From Plasmodiophora brassicae (taxonomy: Eukaryota): a stretch of 64,000 bases of DNA. The number at the start of each line of letters is the position of its first letter. The first letter of the stretch is position 1. Position numbers and translations under genes: made by a program. The stretch covers positions 1,550,001-1,614,000 of the forward strand of contig CP145412.1 of assembly GCA_036867785.1 (NCBI GenBank), given 5' to 3'. Below are positions 32,786 through 47,029 of the stretch, piece by piece. Below the pieces are notes generated by a model that saw only the letters and a list, made by a program, of their open reading frames with translations, was not told the origin of the DNA and did not search any database.

Positions 32786-35700
32786 CTAGAAGTGCAGCAG
32801 GCGAACGGAGGCGGACCCTGTCGGCGGCGACGGCGCCCTGGCCGCGTCGTCGCAAGGACGGGACGCGAAACAGGGGACAGGTGTCCACGCCCGTAGCCGA
32901 CAGATGGCCCGACCTCGGTCGTCGATCTGGCAATCGAGGGACGCCTGCGACCCGGGGTCGGTCAGCAGGGCCTCCGGGCCGGACGCCTGGCCGGGGGGCG
33001 CCCAGTGCCGCCCCCCGGCCAGCGATCGGTCGCGATGCGCCCGAACGTGCGACCTGGCCGACACCGGCCTGCAACTGTGCGACCCCTTGCCCAGGGCTCG
33101 CCGCAGGATCTGTACGAGATGCGGGTCCCTGGCGGAACCGCTGGGCGACGCGGGCGGCAGCGGCGTCCTGATCCGCTCGCCTTCCGGCCGGTGCACGGGC
33201 AGGTACAACGGTGCGCCCTTGATGGCGCCCGGCCCGGGTGGCGCCGCGCCCAGCACCGTCGTTACCGTCAGGCACGACGCCAACCGGTCGATGTCGGCGT
33301 CGTCGTCGTCGTCGCCGCCCTCCTGTTCGGGCAGACGATGAAGGTCCTCGTCCTGCACGGGCGCTGGGACCGACCGCGCCGGTGCCGAGGACGGGCGCCG
33401 ACGACACCACCCTGGCAGGGCGGGCGTGATTGTCAACGAGGTCTCCAGCGACGCCGCCGCCGGGGCGTTGTGACAGTGCTGTGCCACAACCGTCACCGGA
33501 TGAGGGACAGCCCCGTCGGGGCACGCGGCAACGTGGCCGGGGCCGACGACGCCGGTGATCGCGATCCCGGGGCCAATGGCCTCGTCCGGCGGTGAAGAGT
33601 CGCCGACGTGCGACGAGGCGCCGACAGCGATGGCGTGCACTGGACGCGGCGGCTCCAGGCGGCGCGCGGGCGACGACGACCGCTCCCGTTTGTGGGCAAC
33701 GTCGAGGACGGGCGTCGGGCGCATCGCCTGCGCGGACGACGGCCGCTGCCGATAGGTCTTGGGGCTGGACAGGAAGCCGAGGGATCCGCTGACGACGGAC
33801 AGGTGGTCGCAGGATCGCGACTGGGGCAGCGTCGTCAGCGACTTGCGCGACGCCAGCAACGGGCGCAGGAGCGCGTCCAGGACGGCCTTGCGCGGCTGGC
33901 CGACATCCAGCGACAGCGGCGCCAGCGACGACGACGACAGCTGTTCGGCGAGCTCCGTCATCAGGACGTCCTCGGGCACGTTGCTGGCGGCCGCACCCGG
34001 CTGGGCCGTGTCGGCGTCGGGGCGTCGCGCACGCCGGTCGCGTTGCTGTTCGCGATGCACGGCCCACAGGTCGTCGATCGTGGCCTCGTCGTCGTCGTCG
34101 TGTTCGAACGTCGCGCCTTGTGCGCGTTGTGCCACGGCGGGCGTCACGGCGAGCGCTGTCGACAACGATGGGTGCGACACGGCGCGATGGCGTTGCCGCT
34201 CATATCGCGGGGATGCATTGGGACGGGTCGGCGGGCGCGGAGTGATCCGAAGGGGTCCCGCTGGGTGACCGGTGCCCAGGCGAACGCCTTGCGCTCGGAA
34301 CCAGCTGCTGGACGGTACGCCTTCGTCAGCGGCGGACGCGGCCCCGGTTGTGGATGGGTGCTGAAGGAGGTCGACGGACGGGTGCGAACGTCGCAGACCC
34401 GGCACGATGGAGATGCGCATGGGCGATACGGCGGCGTTGCTGACGGCACGAGGCCGACGGGTCGCAGGACGGCGCTGCCTACGTCGCGGTGACGGCGGCG
34501 ACGGTGGCGGTTGCGGCTCATCTGGCCGGCTGGGGGTCGGCTGCTGCTGGGTCGACGCAGAACCGGGTCGTGACCGCCCGTCGGGAGCGGCACTGGCGGG
34601 AGGCGCGGGGACAGGGTCGCGTGGAGCCCAGTGTCCACGTCCTGCCCGCTGAGACTGAGGTCGCTCCTCGGCAGGCGGTACGGGCCGGTCGAGCGCAACG
34701 GGTTCCTCCGAGGGCGCTGGGCGAACGGGCTCGACGGTTGCTGCGAATGTGGCTGGCGGGTTCGCAGACGTTGACGATGCAGCTGGTGCCGTAGCGGTGG
34801 ATGCCGTCGGCACAGGCGAAGCAGAAGACGACGGGGCCGGCGGCGCCACCGTCGTCGTGACGAGGACGTTGATGGCGGGCGCCCTGACAGTGACGGCGCC
34901 ACCATCTGCCCAGTCAGCGGCGGCGCCGGGCGCGTACGACGTCGCTGAGTCTGCCAACGAGTCCACAGGCACGGACGGGTGCCATTGCTGGTTCGCCTGC
35001 GCGGGACGCCGCGTCAGCGACCCTGGTCGATCACGTTGCTCCCAGAGGCGGTAACAGCCACAACGTACCATTCGCTTGTAGAGCTCGTTGACCAGATCGG
35101 TGGCCGTGCGGGCAGACGACGTCGGCGCCGGCGTCTCTGGGACGGCGCGTTCCGGCAGAATCTGCTCCTAACGCGGGAACCGTCAGCACACCGTACGTAA
35201 GATGGGGGGACACCGTTTGGGCGCCGACCATTCGGGAGAACAGGGCGTCGACCAGGGCGGGCCCGGTCAGGTCCGGCAGGAACTGGGCGGATAACGTGAC
35301 GGCGCGTTCGCATAGCGCGCGAACACGGTCGCCGCTCACCGGGCCGTCCAGCCTTGGCGACGTCGCCAACCGCATCGCCAAGGCGTCGACGACGGCCGCC
35401 GACTCTGCCGATGCCTCCGCGGCGATCGCGTCATCCACCCGCTGCTGCGCATCGACGACGACGCCGACGTCTTCGTCGTTCTCGTCGGTGGTGGCCTGCG
35501 GCGGCGCCTGCGATCCCGCGGGGCGTGCCCCAACTGGCGGGGGACCGAGCGGATCCGTCGTCGGCACGTGGCGGTGCGGCGCCTCTGTTGCCCAGCGTTG
35601 CGACCGCGCTGCCGCCGACGATACTGACCCTGCCGCTTGCTCGTCGTCGTTGCCAGCCACGTCCCGTACACGCCTGTCCTCGTCGACGCTCTCGACGATG

Positions 35701-38001
35701 CGGTCGGGTTGCTTCACAACATGGCCGTAATCGTCCACGTTGGCAACGGCCGCCGCCACTGGGTCCTTCTTGTAGACGGGTTTGAACTCGCTGCCGTCCG
35801 ACGACGGCGCCACCATCTGCTGTCGACGACGTTCGCTGGCCTGCGTGCGTCGCGAAGAGGCGCCCGCCCCGAGCGACGCGCCGTCGTCGTCGCCGCTCGC
35901 CGCCGACATCGACGGGCGCCGCCGCCGCCACTCGGGCGCCTCCCTCATGGCGCGTTTGTGTCGCTCGTCCAGCGTCAGCGAGCGGGTTCCAGCAGGCCCA
36001 GCTGCCGCTCCGTCCTCCTCGTCGTCGCTGTCCCGCTCGTCGTCGCTGAGCGCGGGCGCCCCGCGCCGTCTGAACTCGTCGATCGCCGCGCCGTGCCTGG
36101 ACCGGCGCGTCGCCTCGGGGGCGGTCGTCGTCGTCTCCGTCAGCGTTCGACTGACCCAGGTCGTCGTGCTCGACATCGACGACGTCCGCTCGTTCGTCGG
36201 GTACCGTCCCGCGATGCTGTCCTCGAACGGGGCGGGCGACGTCGTGGCGGCCGGGCCTGCGCCAGACGCCGCCCAGCCGCCCACGTCTCTGACGATGCTG
36301 TCCAGCATGGCCGACAGGCTCCGGTCGGTTCGTCGTCGTCGTCGTTGCCGTCGCGCGGGCGACGTCGACACCGTCCGCTTCGACGGCGGCCGTTTCCCTC
36401 TTGGCGTCGTCGTCGTCGTCGTCGTCGTCGTTGGCGTGTCCGACGCCGCCTCGTCGTCCTCGAACACGGGCGGCGGCAACGGGGCCGCTTTCACACGCTG
36501 CTTGGGCGGTGCCATGAACGACAGGACCTTGGGTGGCCGTTTCGGCGCCGCTGGTCGTGCACGCGTCGACGTCGGCGGCGACGGCGACCGGGCGGGGGGC
36601 GACGGCGGTCCCTACGCGTCGCTCACAATCAGAAACCAGCAGCAGGACGACGGGCGCCGGCCCCTGGACTCGAACCGTATAGGCGGGGCGATCGACGGGC
36701 CGCTTCAAGATGGACCCTCGGCGTCGTTTCGCGTCGGCAGCAGGAGGAGGGGACGGAGCGGCGCCCCTGTCCTACAACGCACACACGAGTCATCGTTGGA
36801 CGCGTCCATGATGGGGTGCGGGCGACGCCAGTTACGATAAGCGAGTTGCGCTTCGAGTCGGATCGCGTCGACGCCCCGTCGAGCGACTCGACGTCAAAGT
36901 AGTCCTCGAACGGGGTCGCGTTGCTGACCTGCGGCAGCGGCTTCCATTGGAACCGGGTGTCCGGCCGCCGGAGCAGGCCGTTGACGCGGGCCACCTGCGA
37001 CCGGAACGCCATCCGGCAGAACAGGACCTTGAGGAAGTAGACGTAATCGCTGGCGTCCAGCGACGGCGTCCACAGGTCGGCGATCTCGTACAGGGCGGCC
37101 CTGAACTCTTTGAAGTTCATCCGGGTGGCGCCCCGGGAGTCGCTGGCCCAGTCGTCGACGGCCAGGCGCCGCGACGCCTCGTCCGTCAGGGCGTCCGGGG
37201 GGTACAGCGCCCGCACCAGGCGCATGTGGAAGTCGACGTAGGTCAGCCGGTTCAGCAGGCGCTGGTCGTCGTCGCGCGACTCGCTGAACGCCTTCCCGAA
37301 CGTGGACCAGAACTCGCGGGCCACGCGCACAACGACCGGGTCGTGTCGCAGGCGCTCGCGAACGGCCAGCGCCTCCGTCGTGTACATGTTCGGGTCGACC
37401 TGGGTGCAGTACTCGTGGATGACCTCCTGGCCTGCGGATCCACGTGTGTCGTTGGTTCAGCCCGACGCGACCAGGATGGCGTGTGCGCATACGCACCGTC
37501 GACGATGACGGAGAGGTCGGTGGCCGCCTCGAAGATGAACTTGTTCAGCTTGCGGCGCGTCGGCGCCAGCGTCGGCTTGATGTCCCAGAAGTCGGCGAAC
37601 GCGGGGGCGGACGTCGCGCGCGGCGCGTTACGCGCCGACCTGATGAACCGCAAGCCCAGCTGCCACGCAGGTACGCTCAGCAACGCGCCCCTTCAACAAC
37701 AACAACGAGACACGCGAACCCGTATGGCTCTGCCGATCCTGGCCAGGCGGGTGATCTGGGCGGCCGGCTCGCCGTGCACGACGATGGGTTCCGGGGGAGC
37801 GGGCGCGATGACGGGCTGGACGGGCGGCGGCGGCGGCGGCGCGGCGGGTTCGGGTTCGGGTGCCGGCGCCGGCCTCGCAGCGCTCACCGACTTGGTCGTG
37901 AATTGCAGCAGGTCGGGGACGCCGCCGACGACATCCTTGGGCGGCGCCTGCGACGACCGGCGCCCGATGAGGGCGGACGACTTCCGCTTCGGATGATGCA
38001 T
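32786..38001 (-). CDS. Large multi-exon hypothetical protein, EF-hand-like N-terminal region and long Pro/Ser/Arg-rich disordered tail
   Basis: Consecutive minus-strand ORFs (37693-38031, 37252-37683, 36629-37387, 35031-36515, 32786-35071) separated by plausible short introns; WASDSRGATRMNFKEFRAALYEIADLW; could be more than one gene. Confidence 0.55.
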
Positions 38002-38206
38002 GTTGCCCGCGCGGCCGTCATGCACGGCCACCGCCGTCGACCATGATTAACAATCGCCGCCCCGTTCGACCGTACACCGCCAGGGCGGCTATTTGCCAGC
38101 AGCCCAGCCAGGGGGGTCGTCGTCGCCCCGCCCGTATCCACTCCGTCGTACGTACGTCAATACTGCGAAACGCGCGGGGGGCTCTGGTCGGCGGCGCGCG
38201 CAACCG

Positions 38207-38547
38207 ATGACGTCGTGCCATGAGGCGTAAGTGTGCGGCGTTTGTCGGGCGCGGCGCGGCACGGCGCACTGAGCTGCAGGCCCGGGGGTAGGTACCTCGC
38301 ACTGGTCGACTGCGTGCTGCACACGCCCTGCGTGGCCGACGGGCGCCCGCTCCAGGAATGCATGATGGACCGGGACGCCGTCCAGCGCTGCAAGGACCTG
38401 CGCCAGGCGTTCACGCATTGCCAGCGCGGACAGGTACGCTGCGCGCGCATTGCCCGTTGCCACCCCCTCCCCCACACGCCCAATGACCGTCGTGCAACGC
38501 AGCTCGACGCCCGGTACCGTATCCGCGGCAATCGATACGGGAGGTGA
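38207..38547 (+). CDS. COA5: Cytochrome c oxidase assembly factor 5 (Pet191 family), 3 exons
   Basis: Spliced MTSCHE..LALVDCVLHTPCV...ECM...CKDLRQAFTHCQRGQ-LDARYRIRGN matches the twin-CX9C Pet191 pattern. Confidence 0.85.
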
Positions 38548-38807
38548 CGGCGCCGTCCAGCCAACGATGTGGGCGCGGACAAACACGCGATTCGTAATGA
38601 AACGCAAATGATCGTATACGTCGACCTGAACGGGGTTGGACGTCGCGGCAGTGACGATGTCGTGTCGGGGGATGCCGCGCTCGCCTCTCTCTGGCGCCCG
38701 AAATAAGGTCAGCGCTGTGCGACGGTGCGTGCGCCGCCCGCAACAACAGAGACCGTTGGCGGCTGGGCGCCAGGGACCCCCCAGCGCACGCAGCACCCAC
38801 CGCCGCC

Positions 38808-40091
38808 ATGTTGAAGGCGTGTGCCGACCGGGCCCTTGCCTGCCTGTGCACGCTCGTTGCCGTCGTCGTCGTCATGGCCAGCTCGCTGCCGATCAACGCG
38901 GCGCAGGCGGTCGCCGGCGCGCTCGGCCGGATGCGTTGGTCGCGGGCGCTCGCCTCGCACTGGTGGTCGCTGCTCCAGTTCATGGCCGAGGTGTGGTCCG
39001 ACGTGCGCATCTCGTTCACCGGGGACAGCATCGCCGGGTCCAACGAGTGCGCCATCTGCATATCGAACCATTCGCCGGGCATCGACATGCTGCCGGGCAT
39101 CTGCCTGGCCGGGCGAGCCGTCGGCGCCGGGTCCGTCATCGCCACCATCAAGCAGTCGCTGCGATACGTGCCGGGGATCGGGTGGACCAACTACCTGCAG
39201 GGGTCCCTGTTCCTGAAACGGAGCTGGACGCAGGATCGACCGGCACTGGGACGCCGCCTGGACTCGGTGCCCAGGCCGTTCTGGCTCGGGGTGCGTCCCT
39301 CGACCGTTTCGCCCCGCCTGTCGACAGTGTTCGCTAATCGCCGAATGTGTGTGTTCGTATGCAAAGATCTTCCCGGAAGGGACGCGGATCACGCCGGCGA
39401 AGCGCGCCGAATCGCAGGCGTTCGCCGAGGCACGCGGCCTGCCCAGGCTGGCGAACGTGCTCGTCCCGCGCACCAAGGGCTTCACCTTCACCGTCCAACG
39501 GCTGCGCGCGTCCCTCGACGCCGTCTACGACATCACGGCCGCCTACGAAGGATCGCCCTTCTACCTGTCGGACGTCCTGCTCAGGGGCCGGTTTCGAACG
39601 GTGAGAGCGACGAACCCGTGCGGCCCGCCACCGATTGCACCCACCACGACTGACAGTGTGTCGCCCAACAGCGTGCATTGCACTTCCACGTGCGTCGCGT
39701 CCCCACGTCGCAGCTGCCGTCGTCCGACGCCGACCTGGAGCAGTGGCTGTACGACGCGTTCGCCCAGAAGGACGCCCTGCTGGCACATTTCCGCATGCAC
39801 GGGTACTACCCGGGCGCGGCCGTCGACTGCCCCGCACCCGCCCTGCACCTCCTGATCCGATTCAATGCCTGGGTGCTGGCGTTCGCCGTCGGCCTGCTGG
39901 CCCTGGGCGGCTGGTCGCCGGCGTCGATCGTCTGGGCGGCGCTGTCGGTCGCGACGATCGCGCTGGCCTGTCGTCGCACGTACGCCCACGTCAACCGGCG
40001 GTCGGTCCTCGAGGAACAGCACGGCGACCGGGCGCTGGCCGAGGCCATCCCCGCGTCGGGTCGCGCCGATCCCACCAAGAAGCACGTATGA
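38808..40091 (+). CDS. Lysophospholipid acyltransferase (AGPAT/LCLAT1-like), 3 exons
   Basis: SNHSPGID, FLKRSW, IFPEGT, VLVPRTKGF, YDITAAY; C-terminal TM helices. Confidence 0.9.
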
Positions 40092-40220
40092 ATGTCAGAC
40101 AGATGTGTGTGTGAATAAGTTACGTGTGTCGTCACTGTACAACCCGGCCATCGACCTGGCCCGCGCAGACCGGCGAACGTTCGCAGAGAGGGGGGCCCTG
40201 TCCTGCTGCATCGTGAAGCG

Positions 40221-43200
40221 TCACGCGCGCAGCTGTCGCGTGATGTTCCTGACGAGCGCCCTGGCCTGGGCCACGATGCGGGCGCCCGGCAGGTTGAAGT
40301 CGGCGGCGTTGCTGGCGATCAGGTCGAGGTCGGCGACGACGGCATCGACGCGGCGATAGTACCGATTGGACAGGCGCCGCTCGATCAGGCCCAGGTCCAT
40401 GGGCAGCGCGATCATCCGGTCGTACACCGGGAACTCGTCCAAGGGGACCGGATCGCGGAAGTGGCGCGCCGACGCGTACGACCGCCACCGGGCAATCACC
40501 TGCCCGGCTCGGTCCAGGCGGTCCGCGTCGTCGCCTGCGATGCCGTCGTCGTCCTGCGCGGCGCTGGATTCGGCGACGCGATGCAACTCCCAGGGCGACA
40601 CGCGTTGCAGGACGGCGTGGCGCTGATGGCGCGATACGCGCCGGTCGTCGTCGTCGAACCGAACGACGACGCAGTTCCATGGCGACGTGCGGCAGTTGCC
40701 GATCTCGACGATGGACCCGCTGTACCACGACGACACGTCGGCGTACCACATGCGGAACCGGTCGCCGACCTGCCACCGGGCGCGCACAGCGCCCTCGACG
40801 ACCCATTCGGGGACAACAAAGTCGGGCTCGTCGATCGGGTAGAACGGTATCAGGACCGTCGGCGACGACGCGTTGCCGGGCCTGGCCTCGTCATCATCCG
40901 CGGGTTCATCGGCGCCGGCCTGGTCGTCGAACTGGACGGACAGGTCGGCGACAACGGGCTGGCGCGCCCCACGAAACCGCATGCGGTACGCGATGGCGAC
41001 AACGACGCCGAACAGGACCGGCGGCGGCGTGGCGTCGGCCGGCCAGGGCCAATCGGGCAGTTGCCGGGCGACGGTCGGCTCGAGCTGCGACAGGAACGAC
41101 CAGTGCCCTTCGCCGAAGTAGGCGACACGATCGCCGACCTGCGGGACGTACCCGCCGACGGGCGTGCCGGGCGCCTCCCGCTGGAGCCAGCGACGATCCG
41201 GGCCAGTGGCGCCCGCCTGGTCGCTGGGCGACGCCTGCGCGCGACGGCACCGCTTGCTGACACGGACGATGATCGGCTCGTCATCGGCGTCGTTGCCCGA
41301 CTCGGACGCCTGCGCCGCATCGTCGTCGCTGGCACGTCGCCGCAGGCGAGTGAACGACGGCCGATCGGGGGCGGGCGAGCTCGCCGGACTGGCCACACGA
41401 TGGCGAGCAGCGGCACCGGGTGGACGACGACGAACGCGAGGAAGGACGCGGTCGTCGGCAGAGTCGCTCTGGCTCGAACCCGACAGTGACCGACGAGGCG
41501 ACGGCCGACCACCACTGGCCCTACTTTCGCTCAGGCGCGGACGAATAACGACGTCGTCGTCCAGGTCGGTGTCGTCGGGCAGATCGTCGTCCGACGACGT
41601 CGCCTGGACGGAGTCGTCGTGCGACGACTCCGACGCCGTCGTGCTGAAGTCGTCGCTGGCCAGGGTGTCGGTGCCGGAGCGCCACGGGTCGTCGTCGTCG
41701 TCGTCGTCGACGGCGGCGGCTGCCTCAGCGACGAGCGCCTGGATGAACGCGGACGGCGGCGAGGCAGCGGGAGGCGCAGGCGGAGAGCTGGCGACCAGGT
41801 CGACGAGCTCCTCGACGCGAGGCGCCGTCCGGTGGCGGGTCTCCTCGCCGTCCTCGTCCGCATCGCTGCCCGCCTCGGGGAGCCACTCACGTTGCCGGCC
41901 CTGTTCGAGGTCGTCGGCGCGCGCCATACGTATTACATGACGGAGGCGTGCGACGCGGCCATACCAGCAGGTGCGCGGGCTGGATCACGTACGCCTCGAA
42001 GTCGGCATTGCAGAGCGTTCGCGACTGGAACGGCGCCGCGTGCATCGACGCGTCCGCCTGCGCGCGCGCACGTCAGCAATGGACGGCGTCGCGGAAGCGC
42101 CCCGCGTCACCGATTCGCTCAGGAAGAACTGGGCGGCCGGCACAACGGCGTAGCGTCGGCGGGAACCCGTCCCGAAGAGCACGAGGCGGCCCATGTCGCT
42201 CGTGGCACCTGCACCAGACGGCAACGTCAGCGGGTGCGCACAACGACGCCCCCCCCCCCCCCCCCCCCAACGCGGGCGCGCCTACACAGCCATTCGCCAC
42301 CGCTGGACACAGCACAGTCCACGAACCGATCTGTGGGCCACCTTGTTCAGCACAGGGGGAGGCACAACCGAGGGCAGGCAGCGCAACCCCAAACCCGACA
42401 TTGATCTGTGGCCGGGAACCGTGATACGATGGCGCCCGTGCGCGCGTCGACAACGAACGCCTGCCCGTCGGCCCCGACCGTCAGCAGGATGTCGCCGAGC
42501 GCGGGCTGGAGCGACACCGCCAGGACGTCGTCGTGGTGCAGGTGCTGGCGCCAGACGAGGGCGAACGGCTGCGCCGTCAGCGCATCCCACGCCTCGACGA
42601 ACGCGCCGTACGTGGTCACCAGGAGCCGGCCCCGGTCCGCCCAGATCAGCGTTGTCGCCCGGTCCGCCCGGCCATCCCGGCTGTCCACGACCGTGTGGCA
42701 AACGGCGAAGTCGCCGACGTCCAGCACGAAGACGTGGCCGAAGGCGGTGGCGACGGCCAGCTGCCCGGCGTCGTCGTTGAACACAGTGCAGACGATCTCG
42801 CCGGACGGGCTCAGGTCGACGTCGGCGCACGGCTCCGTCCAGCCCTGCTCGACGATCAGCGGCACCGAGTGCACGACGACATGGCCCGTGTTGAGGCCGA
42901 CGGCGATGAACGCGTTCGGCGCCCGCCCCACAGCGAGGGCGTTCGCCTCGCACGCGCCCGACGACAACCTCGGGTACAGGCCCGCGTCCACGTCGAAGTC
43001 GTCGCCCATCGAGCAGATCCGGCACGACCCGTTGTGCGTGATCGCCACGACGCGGTCGTCGTCGGGCAGGAACTGGACGCGCATGACCTCGCCGACCAGG
43101 TTGAAGACGCGCAGGCGCGTCCCGTGCCACAGCGACCAGATCGCGCAGGTCATGTCGCTGGACGCCGACGCGACCTGCTGATTGCACCGGGAGACGGACA

Positions 43201-43816
43201 GGTCGTTGACGTTCTTCGTGTGGCCGCACAGCGTCCACTCCAGGGCGCCGTCGCACGTTCGCCACACCTTGACCATCGTGTCGTCGCCGCCCGTGATGAC
43301 GCGTCGCCCCGTACGATCGAACGTGACACAGTAGATCGCCGCCATGCCGCCGTGGATCGTCGCCAGGCGCCGGTACGTGCCAGGATGGCGACGCGGACGA
43401 ACGCCCTGCGTCTCGTAACGACGCATGGGGGATGGGCGATGCCGGCGCTGTTGCCGGGCCAGGGCCATCCAGGCTGGACGACGGGCGTCCGTCCCGGACG
43501 GCAGCAGCCGGAGAAGTGGATCGGCGGCGCACGACGACGGGAACCGGCGCGCGACATCTGCGAACGCCCGGTTACGGGTGGCGCCGTCCCAGTGGACGGC
43601 GCGCCCGAGGAGGCCGGCACCGACGGCGGCGCGCTCGAGGCCGGCGACCGCCTCGGCGAGGGCGCCGTCCGCCCCGCGCAGATGCGCCAGCACCAGGTAC
43701 AGCAGCTCGGCATTGACCGGGCGGACGTCCGGCCACGTCGCACGAGGCGGCGCCCGCCTACGTCCCCCCGACCCGAGGACGCCGCCTGGACCTGCATCAG
43801 CTGCCGATGATGGCAT
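40221..43816 (-). CDS. Bromodomain and WD40 protein (BRWD/PHIP-like), multi-exon
   Basis: ELLYLVLAHL N-terminus, WD repeats (IYCVTFDRTGRRVITGGDD..VKVW), YVPQVGDRVAYF..GH, bromodomain PMDLGLIERRL.N.YY..DLDLI..NA..FN. Confidence 0.9.
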
Positions 43817-43879
43817 CGGGCGACGGACTGCGCGGACGTCTTCCCCGCTGGGAGCGCCGCCGCCGCCGCCACACCCGGT

Positions 43880-44829
43880 CATGCCCAGGGTGCCGAGGAA
43901 GGCGAGGACGCCCAACCCGGCGCTCCTGTACAAGAACTACCCGTACGCGATGCTGCCGAGGATGCGCCGGCTGGACGGGGAGGCGGCCGAGGAGCGCGCC
44001 AGGTACGATCGCGGCGCCACGACTTGGTCGCGCCTGTCTGAAACTGGCCCGCAGGTTGCAGGAGCGGCGCGAGCGGCGGGTGCACTTTGGGTTTCGGGAC
44101 GGCGAGGTCTTCAAACTGTTCCGGGACAGCACCCGGGCCGAGAAACGATGGTTCCTGGAGTTCAGCAGCGAACCCGAGTACGCGGGTCTGCCGGCGGGCA
44201 CGTTCGTCGCCGTCCACCAGTCCGGCAGCGTTCTGCACCCGTTCGCCACCTACAACGAGGCAGCCGCTGCCGTACGCGCCGATCATGAAGCGGGCGGCCC
44301 GGCGCCCCTCTCGTTCTACATCGTGGACGTCGGCCGGCAGGCGCCGCATTACCTTCGCATCCCCGACCAGGACGGCCCGTTCCATCAGTTCGTCTTCAAT
44401 CCGGACATGAGCTTCTACAAGGTTAACTGGGGCCGGGGCAAGGACCACGATCCGGTCGTGCCCTGCGTCCTCCGGGACACGTCCGTGTCGCCGGATGCCA
44501 TTGCGACGACCGCCGGGACCGATGACGCCTGTGACGATTGTGTCATCCTAACCGAGGACGTGACCGCGATGACGACTCGATCCGGGACGCGGTCGTTAAC
44601 CAGCCGACGCGGCAACCCGATCGATTACCCTGTCGTCCGGAAGCTGGTCGAGATCAACGGGTTGCAGACCGTGTCCGACTGTATCGTGCGCATGGATTTC
44701 ATCCCGAAGCGGTTCGTCGGCCTGAACGTCATCCGACGGTACCTGAACGTGTCAAGCGTCGCGTACCGGATGAACCCGACAGGGCAATGGCGCCCGCGTC
44801 CAGGCCTGCAGAACGAAGTCCTGCTATGA
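43880..44829 (+). CDS. Hypothetical protein (2 exons)
   Basis: ATG 43880 exon spliced (GT ~44003, AG ~44054) into the long frame ending at 44829; coding-like codon bias; AT-rich 3' flank. Confidence 0.6.
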
Positions 44830-44990
44830 CCATAATATTAATAACGTTGTTCGCGATTCGCTGAGCGGGTAGTGCTTCTATGGGTTTTATTGACGACGAT
44901 CATCTAAGGCTCGGCGCCAACGGGGACGTGTAAGAAACGATGATGATGGGCACTTGGGATGGGCATCCGAGGTGGTGCTGCGCGTCGGCA

Positions 44991-45908
<918 letters not shown>

Positions 45909-46277
45909 CTATGTTTCAGTCCGGTACAACCGCCAATCGATGACAAACGGTATAAGACCGTAGGTACGTACGATGTGCACAGCAGCGGGCTCGCCAGGAT
46001 CCTGATTGCATATGCATGCGCGGGTAGGCGCCGCCTACAAGCAATTGCAGAGATTTTAACCCAGGCGATGTCCTCCTCCAGCACGGAATCACGACTGCGC
46101 AGGAATGCCGTTGGGCAGTCCACCCGCAACACCTACGGACGCACGTACAGACGCCGATGATCGAAACCATCCACCAAGGAGCAGGGCCCATTCGTCAAAT
46201 GGTTGCCTGGGGATTTACATTACGACAGAATACAAAAATCGTCACAGTCCAGGTGCCCGTTTGCTCGGCTGTCGGCG

Positions 46278-46844
46278 ATGGATGCACTTGGGACGATGGA
46301 ACTGCGCCCAGATGTGGTGGAACGCGTCCGGAGACGCGTGCCCCCTGCCCAGTCGTTCCGTTGTTTCCCGTGCTGCTGCTGCGCCATGCGCCTCGAGCTG
46401 GGCATGCAGGTGCTCAGCGGCATCATTGTCATCGTGTCCGTTCTGCAGGTCGCCGAAGGCGCCGTCACGATCCAGAGACGGTACGCGTTCGCGCACGCCT
46501 CGGACGACATTGCCGACTCCCTGGGCATGCCATCCCTGCATCACCCGCCCGAGTACTACGTCTACCGAGGCGTGCTCATGGTCGTCAGCGGCGTGATGGG
46601 CGTGCCCATTGGCGTCCTCCTCATGGTGGCCGTTGGCATGAAACGGGCGCGCTACGCGTGGATCTCGGTCGTGTCCTTCGCCGCCCTTCTGGTCGCCGAA
46701 ACCATCCTGGCCGTCGTCTACCTGTCGCCGTACTTCGCCTTCGGCATCATCGTCCCCCTGTACTTCCTGTACTGCATGTGGTCGTACGCCATCCAGCTCG
46801 AGGCACCCTGCGCACACATGCCGGTGGCCGTCCACGCCGTGTAA
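46278..46844 (+). CDS. Four-TM membrane protein with Cys-rich N-terminal motif
   Basis: CFPCCCCAMRLELG followed by four hydrophobic segments. Confidence 0.65.
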   Translation: MDALGTMELRPDVVERVRRRVPPAQSFRCFPCCCCAMRLELGMQVLSGIIVIVSVLQVAEGAVTIQRRYAFAHASDDIADSLGMPSLHHPPEYYVYRGVLMVVSGVMGVPIGVLLMVAVGMKRARYAWISVVSFAALLVAETILAVVYLSPYFAFGIIVPLYFLYCMWSYAIQLEAPCAHMPVAVHAV

Positions 46845-47029
46845 TATATACACGAGGCGTACGGCCGCAACAACAGGCACCTCGCGATTGGCAACGGGTT
46901 GCAGTACCTGGTGTTGGTTTGCGACGCGGACCGGGCAGCCGCTTGGTCGGGGTTTTCCCTTTGGGCGGTGGGTGCCGCGCGCCGCCCCCGGCCCGTCACG
47001 GTGCGGGGTCGCCAACCCTAAATCCCGCC

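Noticed and set aside
42249-42268. C20 homopolymer inside the BRWD gene
   Set aside because: Probably intronic simple sequence; length unreliable and no evidence of function
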